A stretch of 64,000 nt of DNA from Fimbriosthenelais zetlandica (taxonomy: Eukaryota): positions 13,702,001 through 13,766,000 of the forward strand of contig OZ365113.1 in NCBI GenBank assembly GCA_977030845.1. The letters run 5' to 3'. Under the pieces are notes generated by a model. The model worked only from the letters and a program-made list of their open reading frames with translations. It was not told the origin of the DNA and made no database searches. Each line of letters starts with the position of its first letter. The first letter of the stretch is position 1. Below are positions 37,901 to 48,665 of this stretch, one piece after another. Made by a program: the position numbers and the translations under genes.

Positions 37901-40900
37901 CCTTCATTAGCAATGATCATTCGTTATGCACGGATTAGAGCTTGTCTCAGTTGCAAGGAGTTGGTGAATTTATTGGCCAAAGCTCTGTATTATATAAACC
38001 CTTATGTGGGTTTACATAGATCCCCTTGTCAAGATTTATGAGTAGTCTAGCCTGCTCCCCCAGCTTATTGCTTCCCAGCCCCCTTTGAAGCCCTGGCGGC
38101 TGGCAGTCACTCTAGAAGCCATTCTCCACCAATTGATACCAGTCTTATGGGAGTTGTCAGCGTGTTCTTTTATTACAGCCGCTTGCGTGAGTTAAGTCAA
38201 TTAGAAAGGCCTGCCTTGCCAGCAGCAGTAGTGATCTGGCATCATCAGACCAGGCAAGGATCTGCTTCCTGGGGCTGAGTAATGGTAAAGGAGTGGATGG
38301 CTTGATAGCATCTACATCCCTAATACAATCCAGTACAAAAATTGTGTCACAACATAGGTCGTATATTTTAATTGAGATGAATTTTCCCCAATTCTCACGT
38401 ATATTCCCCTGACAATTTTATCTCTTCCTTCTCCCCTTCCTCTTCCTGCCCCCTGTTCACACTCTCAGACACAGGTAAGAGACCTAGCAACCACCTCCTG
38501 ATAGCCATCTAACATAACGCTTTGTTTGATTTGAAGCCTGGCGTCAGCTATGCCAGTGCATCTTCTGAAAGATCAGATTCCCGGCTAAGAAGTGTAGCAT
38601 GCTATTATCACAGATAATAGGGCCTTGGGGAAGCCTGCGTACAAGCAATTCCCAATAGTGCTGCCATGAAACAATACACATACCACCCTCCATCTCTCTA
38701 CCTGAATCATGTCATGGCCCCTTACTGCACGCATCCTCTTGTAATATCGATGAGTAATAAACCATCTGCTACCCTGTACAGATCATAGCTTTATCAGGGA
38801 ATAGTTGACGGACTATTATCACTATCTCTATAACAGATATGACATATCTATTACTACTATGACAAGTCTTGTTATTGATTCTAAGCCTGATTGTGGGACT
38901 GACCTCGAGGGGAATTTGTTGGGGGGAGAACAAAAGGATCGATAAAGAATATTACTTCAGAATATTCTGTGTACTATTTCCAGGAAGAAGCTCAACCATT
39001 ATCAGTGTTATCTATAAGGGAAATGATGTCATTTATTAATGTATAGTTCCAGGAATTACCATCAGGTTTGCTCATGTTGGAAGGTCAATAGAGAAACCTA
39101 TATCATTGTAGATATATGAAGACAGACACAAGGTTGCATATATATTTAATGCTACAAAAGCTTCCCATAGAAAAACTGGTAAAAACTCGCATTTCCTCCT
39201 CTCTCCATTCCACATCAGTCCTTCAGCTTCAGACAAGTGATGAGAACATGCACACAATGTTTTTATGAAGGGACGGGCAGGAGAGAGAGAGGAGAGAATT
39301 AGAAGAGCCCCATAAAGACGAGGCCAGGCAATACTGTGAGAGGCCGTGCCCGCTCAACATCATTCATGACACGCCGGTTATTCCACCCGAGGTGTGCCTC
39401 TTACAAGACTTCCTTTCATCTTGTGCTCGGTCCTTGAAGAAAAATGCTTACGGCGCAAGTTCCTCTTTAGTATGTTGTGTATCAATATGATGAACTGGCA
39501 AGGGAGCCTATAGTCGTCTCTCTCTGCCGACAGTATAAAAGATTGGTTGCCTTTCCTCCCTCCAGCCTTATTTAGTAGAACCTTGTGTATATGGATGGAA
39601 CTGATAATAGACCGTGAAATTCATGATAGGCCCAACCTTGGATGCATGGCATTATTTGATTCGATGGCATTTTTCAAAGGGCTGCCTTTTACAAACGGTT
39701 AATATAGACATCAATGACTCCCTATCACTTACACTTCAACCAACCCGATGCCAATATTATGAAGGTTTAGTGATTGCTAAAGCTTATTTTTTGGTCAGTT
39801 GTGATCACTGTATTATAACTCTAGATGTTTGACCTTTCCTGTGATAGGTAACTCATGTTCACTTTATTTTTTGTCTTTGCAGAGTGTGGACCGTCCAAGT
39901 GTGGTCCAGAATACACCCGGCCAAATGATTGAACCTCTGAGCATCAAGAGAGAGAGTGACAAGATGACAGCGTCCCTCAGTAACCACGACCGACGGGAGG
40001 ACGAGCGACCGCACAGCAAGGAGTCCTCCACCCCGAAACAGTCAGTCTCATATTCTTTTTTTTTCTAACAAATATTTTTAAAATAATAAAAGACATAACT
40101 TATCCCCTGTGATTGTCTCTTGATACATATGCACGCCCTTTGTTTGGAGTGGACTTGTTTTATGATATAGAGCCTTGTTATCACTAATTCTTAGATAAAC
40201 CATGTATTATTGGTGATACTGGATTTTTCTCTCTCTATCCACTAAGATCAACATTAATGTGATAGTATCTCAGCAGCCATGATATTTCTGACAGGTGGGC
40301 GAGTGGCTGACCCTCACTATCTCGGTTAACCTTTGAAAATTGATTATTATTGCTCCTTTTTTGTACACCAAATTATCTTGACAAATATTTAGGCTATAAA
40401 AAGAAGTGAGCACAGTGAGCATTTATTGTATGCCTTATCTAAGGATGTAATATCTGTTATCTGCTTTTTTACGTCCGCTTCTAAACATACAAGAATACTT
40501 AGTTTTCACGTCTTTCTCTCGATATAACTCCTTGTATTTTCGTACCTCATCAATGTTTAACTCTGATATTATTTTCCTGCCTGTTATCGAGATCTCTCTC
40601 TTGCACACTCCTTATCAACTGATGAATTTCCAAGTGTAGCTCTAGTAGCTATGATAAGGGCTTGTTATCAGAATATACATAGGTGATAAAGGCACTTATG
40701 TTGTCACATTTTCTCTTGAGTGTACATTTAATGTCAGTCTTTGTATCTTGTTTTCCACCAGGCACACACCGCATTCTGTGATCACATCCGCTGCTGGTAC
40801 AAGTCGACCAGACGAGTCAAGTCTCCGCGGTTTCCAGCCGTATCGTCCAGGAGAGGAGATTCGGCCAACGTTACCGCATCATTTTGCCACCATGGATCCC

Positions 40901-43900
40901 GCTTATCCATACCCCTCTGCCTTCATGCACACAGCACCTTTCCCCCACCCAGCATTCAGGTGAGCATCATGTTTTCTTCTCTATTACTTAACTTAAATTA
41001 TTGATTGGTCTCAGTCCAAAACTCCTAAACAAATTATTGGTAAAACTTCATGCATCTATCAATAATGAGTTTTATATTTTCTCCTATCAGGTTTGATGAC
41101 CCCTATCTAATAGAGCGCTATCGTATGATGGCACAACAAACGTTTAGTCCCTATACCCACCAGGGCATCCTAGGTCCACATGGGATGCACCCACTGCTCC
41201 CTCCCGGAGCTAGATACCCTCCAGAACTCCTAGGTCAACACTTACCATTGGTCTCTCCAGGCAGCAAACTCCCGGACCATATGTCACCAGGAGGTGACAG
41301 GTAAGATGCCTTTCTCTACTCTAGATATATAAGAATAGTTGATACTTTTGTTCATCAATTTCTTATCAGAAATTGCCTGAACTCTCTGTAAATACATGTG
41401 TAATAACCTTTAGTTGCTTATTTCTTGGTGAAAAGCAATATACTTGGTGACAAAATTGCCATTTTATCAACTTAATTTTCATATTATATTGAATCTGTTT
41501 ATTAGATCCAAAAAAGAGGAGGAGTTACGTAGAGAAAGAGAGGAGGCTGAAAGAGAAAGGGAGCGACAACGAGAAAGAGAACGGGAGCAGGAAAGGGAGA
41601 AGGAAAGAGAAAGGGAGAGAGAAAGACAACGGCTCAGAGAGCGGGAGGAGCAAGAGCGACGAGAACGGGAAAGACAGGAGCGGGAGAGACAGGAGCGTGA
41701 GAGGATAGAGCGAGAGAGGGAGATGGAGCGAGAACGTGAGAGAGAGCGTGAGCGACAGTTGAGTTTAGAGCGATTACGAGCAGCTGAGAGGGACGCTAAT
41801 CATCGGATCCATCCTGATGACAGGCGGAGTCCTGCCCGACCAGAAGATCCAGGTACCTATGATATGTTGTTACACTAAACCAATATAAGTGGAATATTGA
41901 TGAAAGAAATTTCAGGATTGAGAAGGGATTCCTTTGTTCTAGAGTCCTCTGATCAAGGTTCCTCTGGATAAATTGATCAATCTAAATGTCATGATAAATT
42001 GATCAATCTAAAAATAGATAATAAAATCGCATTGAAAATTGATGTTTCAGTTACATTACTTAAATTTGTGGTCTTTCTTTCATTTTAGCCAACAGATATG
42101 GTTCCATCATGCATGTGGCTCCACACTACATACCAGACAAGTATAGAACCTCAGCCTTCCTCCCCCGTGACCAACATATAACCAACCTGAGTAAATATGA
42201 CGAGGAGGTGAGACAACGAGAGCAGCTGTATCAGACTAAGGAGCGGGACCGTCAACTCATGCACCAACAGGTATACCACACCAACCAAACCACTGGTCTG
42301 GCTTCCTCCTTCTCCTCATACCACGCTAAACAGCAAGTGCGTACAGGTCAATTACAGATTATGGCCCAAATACTTTATACCAAAATTTACTAAGGGCCCT
42401 CCATCACATGAATGCACCCACAACTAGGGAAAGTTTAAAACGCATGTAGTGGGTGTTAAACCGGGCCTTAGACATCTTGGGGTTCTTATTTGGTTTCATT
42501 TGACTTGGTTGGATTCATTTTAATTGATTTCCATCTCTATTTCAGTTCCTACGAGAGCAGGATTTGTTGATACGTGAACGTGATCGCCGAATAGAGCTGG
42601 AGAAGCGGGAGCGGGAGAAATCGCTCCCACAGCCTCTCACCTCCCCCAAGACTTCCCCAGAGGATGGAAGTCGCCATGTGCGTCCTGCCGATCCTGCTTT
42701 CCATCGTCCATTTGAGCGTCCATTGACCAATGGTTACGAGAGGAACCATTATTCAGACTATGAGAGGAGAGCTATGAACGAGGCCATCCTGGCCCAGGAT
42801 CGCCACGTTCTACAGAACATGCCCCGTTCCAGTAGCTCGGTACATGTGGCCAGTAACCACTCACTGGACAGTCGACCGCCATACGAGCAGGTCTACAATG
42901 ACCGGGGATTCCTAGAAAAACAACACGAGGGTATCCAAGCCCGGCTTATAGAGAGTGAGAAAAGTCAACATCATCAGTCATCCTACAGCAACACACCACA
43001 ACAACATAAATCACAACATCCACCACAACAACCAGTTACACATCCACAAATACAACCACCTCAACAACAACAACCACCACAACATCCACACCAACAACAC
43101 CATCAACGGTCGGTGAGACACGACCGTAGCCAACAGGCAGAGTACGAGATGAAGCACAACTCGTACCCTCGTCAGGAGGAGACTAGTAGTAATAGTAAGG
43201 GCAGCAGCAACAATAATAAATCTGAGGCAGCAGTACCCTCTGTGGCGCAGCATTTTGAGAAGTCAATGCAAAATATGAACAGTGCAGTAAATAGCCAGGT
43301 GTTCAAGTACGAGGCCGTGTCACCAGTCCTGTGTAGTAAGCTGGACCTGGAGGAACAGAAGTTGAGGGAATCGAGACTTAACGGTAGCTACGTGTCAGAT
43401 GAGAGTGACAATGATGAGGAGTCGTTACTAGCTGAGGAGAGGCGCACACATCGCCTTCTACTCATAGCTAATGGACCGCCATGTGCCCTGGAGAAATCTC
43501 CCCGCAAACTCAAGTTCCTTAAACACGTTGGTCTCACTACCAATGAAAACAGAAGTGGTAGGTTTAACATGATTATGCTCCTCTCATCTGCTTTAGTATA
43601 GGAATAGACGGTATTATACCGACGGCATGTTTCGTGAAAGGGGAAAAAACACTAGTATCATGACTGAATTATTTATCCTGAAATACATTTGGTGAACAGG
43701 GTTGTTGAACTATTAGTAATAGTAACGCAGCATTTTCCGAGTAATAGTAATTGGTGAAATATAGAATATTTAGCAAGTTATTTCAAAAAAAGATCTGGGG
43801 ATCAATGACATCACTCACTGCCACACAACATTGCCGCCATTAGAAACCATATACCGATATTATACAGTAATAATTCTATCCATCCATGGGTATTAATTCC

Positions 43901-46118
43901 AATGATTTCTCATCAATTTGTCTTATCAATACGTAAAAGTATCTATAACATTAATTTGATTATCTTCATGAGTATCTTGCCCATTATTTTATAGAAATTG
44001 ACCATGAACGGAGGAAAAAACGTAAGAAATTGTACCGTGAGCGAAGTGTCAGCCCTGTGATAGTAGAGGAGGAGACGGAGAGACAATCCAGCCCACTCAG
44101 CATGCCTACCCACCTCAACCACGACGTGCTCAACAGAGACAAGGACTACAAGCTCAAAGCTTACTTCCTTTACCCGTTAGGCCTGGAACCTGTCTCAACG
44201 GATAGGCGACGAGGTGAGCATAAAATGCCAACATTATTTTTTTTTAAATTGTAAATTTGATTCAAAATGTCTTGTGGAAATAATATTATGAAGACTTTTA
44301 GTGTGTTATAACTTACATTGACAAATAACTAGGATTAAAACCGGTATTGCTTAACGTTTCAGAAATGGAGATTATTAGGCAAGCATGTCAACGAGAGAAG
44401 CAACGGAGGTTAAAATTGAAACCTGAACCTCCTCCCAAACCTAACCCTACCGATCTCAATGGTCACACGCCCAGTCAGCGGCCTCAGTTACCAGGTAATT
44501 ACAAATCATTCACCTAACACCAGCACTGCAGTTTGATAGAGTAATATCATATTTAATCTTAAAGGTCGATTCATCTGGTGACTTAAAACGCTCCAAATGT
44601 TAAGGAACATTTCATAATACTGTGTTAAGCAATTGCTGTTGACTTTATTTATTGTAACAAAAATGTGATCTTGTGTCAACAGCTCAACCTGGCGGAGTCA
44701 AAAGGAAGCATTCCGAAATTGAAACGCCGCCCCAACAAGCACCAGCCTCACAGTCACAGCAAACAGCTTCAGCTGCTGCTCCCCTCCCTGATCCTGCCAC
44801 TGCCTCCCGTGGTGCCATCTCCCTAGGTCAGTTACATGAGAGGCACATACCTGCTGGTGCAGCCGCTTCTGCTTCAACTACAGGTCCCAAACCTGGCCAG
44901 GCAGGAGCGCCAGCAGCGCCCTCCAGACCCCTAGCGGAGAACAGGGCCATCATCTTCCCCCAGGACAGCAGTCGTGATCCTAAACGCAGGATCAGTAAAG
45001 AGTTTGCTCAAGAGTTTCACGAGTCAGTCCTACAAACAACAAGGCAGCAGCAGGAACAGGCACGGCGTAAGTCTAGACTTATTGTCTCATTTAAAAAAGG
45101 CAGTAGGCGAGAAAATCCCCTATGTTATTGTATATTGAGAAAATTAGTATTAAAAATCTGAAATACATTATTAGTACAAGGCCTTTATTAGTTTGGGAGC
45201 ACTCACCCCTGCGGATCTCGTGCCCCCCAACCCTCTGGTCAACACTTGCCCTTAATATTTATCCACAAATTTTAACTTATAAATATGTCTTGATGTATTT
45301 ACAGATCAGAACCCAAGTCGTTCAGAGGAGGTCCGGTATCACCTTGATGACCGGTCCTTGTCTGGACCTCCAGCTAAGCTTGTGAAGGAGGAACCTAAGG
45401 CCCTCTCATCTGATGGCCTCTCAGACGGGCCCTCAGAGTCCGGGTCAAGACCCCGTCCTTCAGTCTCTAATGGCTCCCCACCGCTCAGATGGCCTGGAAT
45501 AGAGGCCATCATGGAGGCCTATCAACAACACTTACAAGGTATGTCTGTCTATTATCAATATTGATAATCTAAGTCTTTTCGAGAAGAGAGATTTTAGTTG
45601 AAATACAAAGCTCTATATTTGTTTGATCCTGTTTTATCTATATTTTGACTGTACTTTCAGATCACCGAGATGAGAAGAATGTACTTCTAGAACAGTGTAG
45701 TCATCTCAAATCAAAATCTACCGAGTTGACCAAATTGGCCGAACGCCTCTCTACTAGAATGGCTGTAAGTATCTTTTCCCATTTCTCCTTTAACCTAAAA
45801 ATTATCGGAAGTGCAACCTTAATGCATGCAATTCTTCATTCCTAGGGGCCTAAAAATTGTGGATAATATTGACACAGGTGCGCCCTTTTCGGACTCACAG
45901 GTTCACAATTCTTCATGAAGTTCTTGAATTCCTCTTACTCATTCGGTACAGACTGATGGTTTATACATTAAATTAGGAAATCATGTATTAAAACTTATAC
46001 TTATTTCATTTTTCCCCTCCAGGAATTGGTATCCTCTAAAGCTCGCGCTGATGAAGAACGAGCCTCACACCAGAATGCAATAGACGGCCTCAAAAAATGT
46101 CTAAAGTTTCTACGATGA
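7792..46118 (+). CDS. GSE1: GSE1 coiled-coil protein orthologue (spliced CDS, 5'-incomplete, ~1260 aa)
   Basis: Exons 7792-7992, 20328-20572, 39883-40040, 40762-40959, 41091-41300, 41506-41852, 42089-42336, 42546-43557, 43995-44213, 44363-44494, 44683-45066, 45305-45538, 45661-45764, 46023-46118. All are AG/GT bounded and phase-compatible, giving one ORF. GSE1 hallmark motifs occur in the human order: ARTTATV, SSFAAALRKLAKQA, PPVVTVAPT, PFPHPAFR-FDDPY, RE repeat, SKLDLEE, KLKFL..GLTT, RERSVSP, EFAQEFHESVLQTT, WPGIEAIMEAYQQH and a C-terminal coiled coil ending GLKKCLKFLR*. Confidence 0.92.
10850..10921 (+). mobile_element. tRNA-derived SINE head / tRNA pseudogene
   Basis: A-box-like GGTGGCATGG and B-box GGTTCGATTCC with intact T-stem (GTGGG-TTCGATT-CCCAC, 10897-10913); acceptor and anticodon stems do not pair. 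Confidence 0.55.
20328..20572 (+). CDS. GSE1: GSE1 exon B (phase 1-0): ESGILSRDGGRDPSP..NSPPVVTVAPT..DNRK
   Basis: tttttttcAG acceptor, AAG|GTCAGT donor; PPVVTVAPT matches human PPVVTIAPT. Confidence 0.9.
21010..21290. repeat. 43-bp minisatellite (GAGGCATCATAGGCATCCCAGTATGGCGGTTTCTCCTTAATAT)n
   Basis: Near-identical units start at 21038, 21081 and 21124; diverged units at 21167 and 21210, with degenerate flanks. Confidence 0.9.
25701..25742. repeat. Imperfect (TAG)n simple repeat
   Basis: gactagtactagtagtagttagtagtagcactagtagtgact. Confidence 0.6.
26915..26971 (+). CDS. GSE1: Candidate GSE1 alternative first coding exon: MLTVSMDAPLDLSGGRPLQ (PLDLS CtBP motif)
   Basis: ATG 26915 with in-frame upstream TGA (26894); 19 codons ending CAG|GTATAA, phase 0, which matches the exon C acceptor (39883). 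Confidence 0.6.
30217..30230. promoter_or_regulatory. RFX X-box GTTGCTATGGTAAC
   Basis: Full match to the RFX palindromic consensus; next to an E-box CACGTG (30209-14) and a second X-box-like site (30179-92). Confidence 0.5.
33974..34147 (+). repeat. Polypurine (GA-rich) low-complexity tract
   Basis: Almost purely G/A, with internal repeats of GGGAAAGAAG(G)AAAGGGAGAGAGAAAG. Confidence 0.85.
38469..38474 (+). CDS. GSE1: Candidate 6-nt GSE1 microexon (ACACAG = Thr-Gln)
   Basis: CTGAC branch point 38409-13, pyrimidine tract, TGC at 38447-49, tcAG acceptor, ACACAG, GTAAGA donor; frame-preserving in a phase-0 intron. Confidence 0.5.
39883..40040 (+). CDS. GSE1: GSE1 exon C (phase 0-2): SVDRPSVVQNTPGQMIEPLSIKRE..SSTPK
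   Basis: tttttgtctttgcAG acceptor, CA|GTCAGT donor; open frame, phases fit both neighbours. Confidence 0.85.
40762..40959 (+). CDS. GSE1: GSE1 exon D (phase 2-2): HTPHSV..LRGFQPYRP..APFPHPAFR
   Basis: ccAG acceptor, AG|GTGAGC donor; matches human LRSFRPY..HPFPHPAFR. Confidence 0.92.
41091..41300 (+). CDS. GSE1: GSE1 exon E (phase 2-2): FDDPYLIERY..GARYPPEL
   Basis: tatcAG acceptor, AG|GTAAGA donor; matches human RMDDSY..GVRYPPEL. Confidence 0.92.
41506..41852 (+). CDS. GSE1: GSE1 exon F (phase 2-1): Arg/Glu (RE) repeat coiled coil
   Basis: attAG acceptor, CAG|GTACCT donor; EEELRREREE..RERERE as in human GSE1. Confidence 0.92.
41967..42012. repeat. 20-bp direct duplication in GSE1 intron F-G
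   Basis: GATAAATTGATCAATCTAAA at 41967 and 41993. Confidence 0.8.
42089..42336 (+). CDS. GSE1: GSE1 exon G (phase 1-0)
   Basis: cattttAG acceptor; CAA|GTGCGT donor chosen because it gives the phase 0 required by the next exon. Confidence 0.8.
42546..43557 (+). CDS. GSE1: GSE1 exon H (phase 0-1), 1012 nt, Q/H/P-rich then SKLDLEE..KLKFLKHVGLTT
   Basis: tttcAG acceptor, G|GTAGGT donor; long ORF 42564-43601. Confidence 0.92.
43995..44213 (+). CDS. GSE1: GSE1 exon I (phase 1-1): EIDHERRKKRKKLYRERSVSP (basic NLS-like)
   Basis: ttttatAG acceptor, GAG|GTGAGC donor; matches human KRRKRRRMLRERSPSP. Confidence 0.92.
44363..44494 (+). CDS. GSE1: GSE1 exon J (phase 1-1): EMEIIRQACQREKQRRLKLKPEPPP
   Basis: tttcAG acceptor, CAG|GTAATT donor; open frame, phases fit. 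Confidence 0.85.
44683..45066 (+). CDS. GSE1: GSE1 exon K (phase 1-1): ..ISKEFAQEFHESVLQTTRQ
   Basis: caacAG acceptor, C|GTAAGT donor; matches human EEFAHQFHESVLQST. Confidence 0.9.
45305..45538 (+). CDS. GSE1: GSE1 exon L (phase 1-1): ..LRWPGIEAIMEAYQQHLQ
   Basis: tttacAG acceptor, AAG|GTATGT donor; matches human KWQGIEAVFEAYQEHI. Confidence 0.9.
45661..45764 (+). CDS. GSE1: GSE1 exon M (phase 1-0), coiled coil
   Basis: actttcAG acceptor, GCT|GTAAGT donor; EKNVLLEQCSHLK..AERLS resembles human ERQVLQTQCRRL..AEQLS. Confidence 0.9.
46023..46118 (+). CDS. GSE1: GSE1 last coding exon: ELVSSKARADEERASHQNAIDGLKKCLKFLR*
   Basis: cccctccAG acceptor; TGA at 46116-18 followed by TAG; matches human ..ELDHLRKCL. 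Confidence 0.9.
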   Translation, partial: ELVSSKARADEERASHQNAIDGLKKCLKFLR

Positions 46119-48070
46119 TAGTGGTGTGGTGTAGGTAACCGAAAAAAACATTGACGGGGCTAGTATTTCCTCCAGCCCCTTCTCAAGTCAGCAGATGTAT
46201 CAATACTTTGTGCACTAGTCTCACAGAGAGGGTACAAGAGCTCCTACAGCCACTGTACTGGAGTGCTGTCACACTCGTGGCACTTTATATTGGAGAGGAG
46301 TGCTCAGTATCTGACTCTATGGTCTCACTGCTTTGTGTGTGTGTATAACTGCCTCTCTAGAGACACACCTCATGAAGGATCCAAGATACCGGGCCAGATT
46401 CATCTCAGGAATTAAATCTCCACATAGAAGTGACTCTCGCTCGGACGGGCATTGAGGGTCAAGGAGCAGCCAGAGACTGACTGACAATTGTTATAACAAA
46501 CCACATGAAGTCCTTATTTGTTGCCATGGATTGTAAGAGGGCATTTTTAGGTGGATTAAATGATGGATATTCTCTGGCAGCAAAATTATGTGAAAGGGCA
46601 TGGTGGTTGTGGTTACAAGAGAAGAACTATCTTCATAGTTAATACAAACAATCAGGACCATCTGTGATCCGTGTGTAGGACAGATTAGTCTCCAATGGTG
46701 GCAAGATAAAGAAATGGATGGATAGAAATATATGGCGGTTTGCTAAGGCTACCACTACTTCAACAGTGACAAACTAAAATGTTTATCTCACAGAGAATAT
46801 GTATAGAAATGAAATCAAAACTTTGTGTATATCTACATTATATACTTATGTCAAGGACAGAATTCTACAATGATGTATTGATTAAGATTGTGCATGAGCA
46901 CATTGTAAAATGTATGAATTGCTTTGAAAAGCAAAAGATATGTTGTCTTATAATAACTCTAGGTTCTGACTATGGTGTTGTGAAATGTGTGGCAGGGCCG
47001 CACAGATAGACATACACACATAATATATACACACTCACGCACATACACCCACCCACATCAACCTTCATACTGTGTATGATACACAAAGACGCCTTTGATT
47101 TTTCAATCTTTGTTCATCGTGGGTGTCTTGTTCGTTCACTCGCTTCAGCCCCACCTCAAATAATCAACCATCACTGCCATTGTAACTATTGAAATCACTG
47201 GATATATTGACAAATGGACTTTGGGGGACATTCTCTACTGCCACCGATGCTTAGTGCATTATTTCTTCATGTACATTGATACCGCAGCATATTTCACAGA
47301 CACAAGTTAAAAGAGACAATATCTGCAGCAGCTATATATCACAAATATTCAGTTCCCCACAGACTATCTGTCACGTTGCAATTTTCATCTGATCTAGTTA
47401 ATCATTGACATATAAGACAAGTTTGAGTCACCAAAGTATTGGCGTCTATAGTTGTATATTGTATAGAATATTTGTTATACACTGGAGTGAGCGCAAAAAA
47501 GATATATATTAAGGAATTACACGATGTCAGGATCTCGAGTGAAAAAAGATTTATTATCATGATAATACAAAGGAATGGGCTGTTGTTGTTTGCTTGGTCT
47601 TTTATGTATTTTTTTTCTTTTCCTATGAGAAAGTCGAGTGATTCTTTCTCTACTGCTTAGAAAAATATTGTAAATAGTCCAAGTTGGAGAGCGTTATACT
47701 GAGAGTGAAAATGTTCAAATTATATTGTGTACATTCAAGAAAAAAAACCCACAAAGTTTCTAGGTATTGATATACAAAATGAAATGGTTATGAATATAAA
47801 TGCAAAATATTTTGTTGGGTGTTGTTAGGGTACGCTATTGTAATCCTCCTCGAGCTTGTGTTGCCTTCTCTAAATACAAGTTTATAAGACCTAAATGAAG
47901 TAGATTTGTAACTAATGATTAAGTTATTTTTATTACATTGAACTTTTAGTCCACATTTCCATATTTGTGTTGTGCAAAAATGTTTAATGATATATTTCTT
48001 CAAAAAGAAGCATCCTTTATCATGAAGTAAACTTATTAGTGGGGAATAAAATTCCTTGCAGCCCCATGCG
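46119..48070 (+). other. GSE1: Putative GSE1 3' UTR (~2 kb)
   Basis: AT-rich sequence after the stop; + strand AATAAA at 48045-50 (alternative 48356-61); Pumilio-type TGTAAATA near 47668. The end is inferred. Confidence 0.45.
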
Positions 48071-48539
48071 CACCAACCAGAGTTCTGATTAGAGAAAGGT
48101 TTATTTGATTTTTAATATATATCCTATGGTTAATATTTTGGTATGTGTGTTACATTCATCAGGAGGAAGGTATACATGTATTTATTGATTTCTAACGCAT
48201 TTATAATGTCATCTTGACAAGAATTAGGAGCAAATCGCTTGTGGGATGAAGAAAAGTCATTCTCTCCCCGCACCCTTCCAAATGAGGGCATCAGACTTGT
48301 CTTCTCAAGTAGAACACATTCCAATCCTGAAAGGCCAGCTACGTGGACGAGAACAAATAAAACATAAATAATTAACTTATTTGTCTCTGCATTGTATTGT
48401 GAATTGCCTACACCTCTTGACAGCGAATATACAAAATAATGTTAACTGTGAGCGAATACATCAATTTGCAATAAGCAAAAAATTGTGTGTAAAGGGGCCT
48501 ATGTACAAAGTAATAGTGGAATCCATGATTTGAGAAAGC

Positions 48540-48665
48540 TTAGTCCTGTGTAGTCCTAATATGTCCACCAGCTATCGTGTTCGATCTTAGCGTGTTCATG
48601 TGATTTAACGCCTTGGTCAAGAACGGCCGGACGGTATTCAACTCCATTAGTGTGAGGTAATTTAA
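48540..48665 (-). CDS. GINS2: GINS2 exon 5: [41 protein letters not shown]
   Basis: tttttcAG acceptor (minus); TAA at 48542-48540. Confidence 0.95.
   Translation of the reverse strand, partial: LNYLTLMELNTVRPFLTKALNHMNTLRSNTIAGGHIRTTQD

Noticed and set aside
42337-42346. Alternative exon G donor CAG|GTCAAT at 42346
   Set aside because: Gives phase 1, incompatible with the phase-0 exon H.
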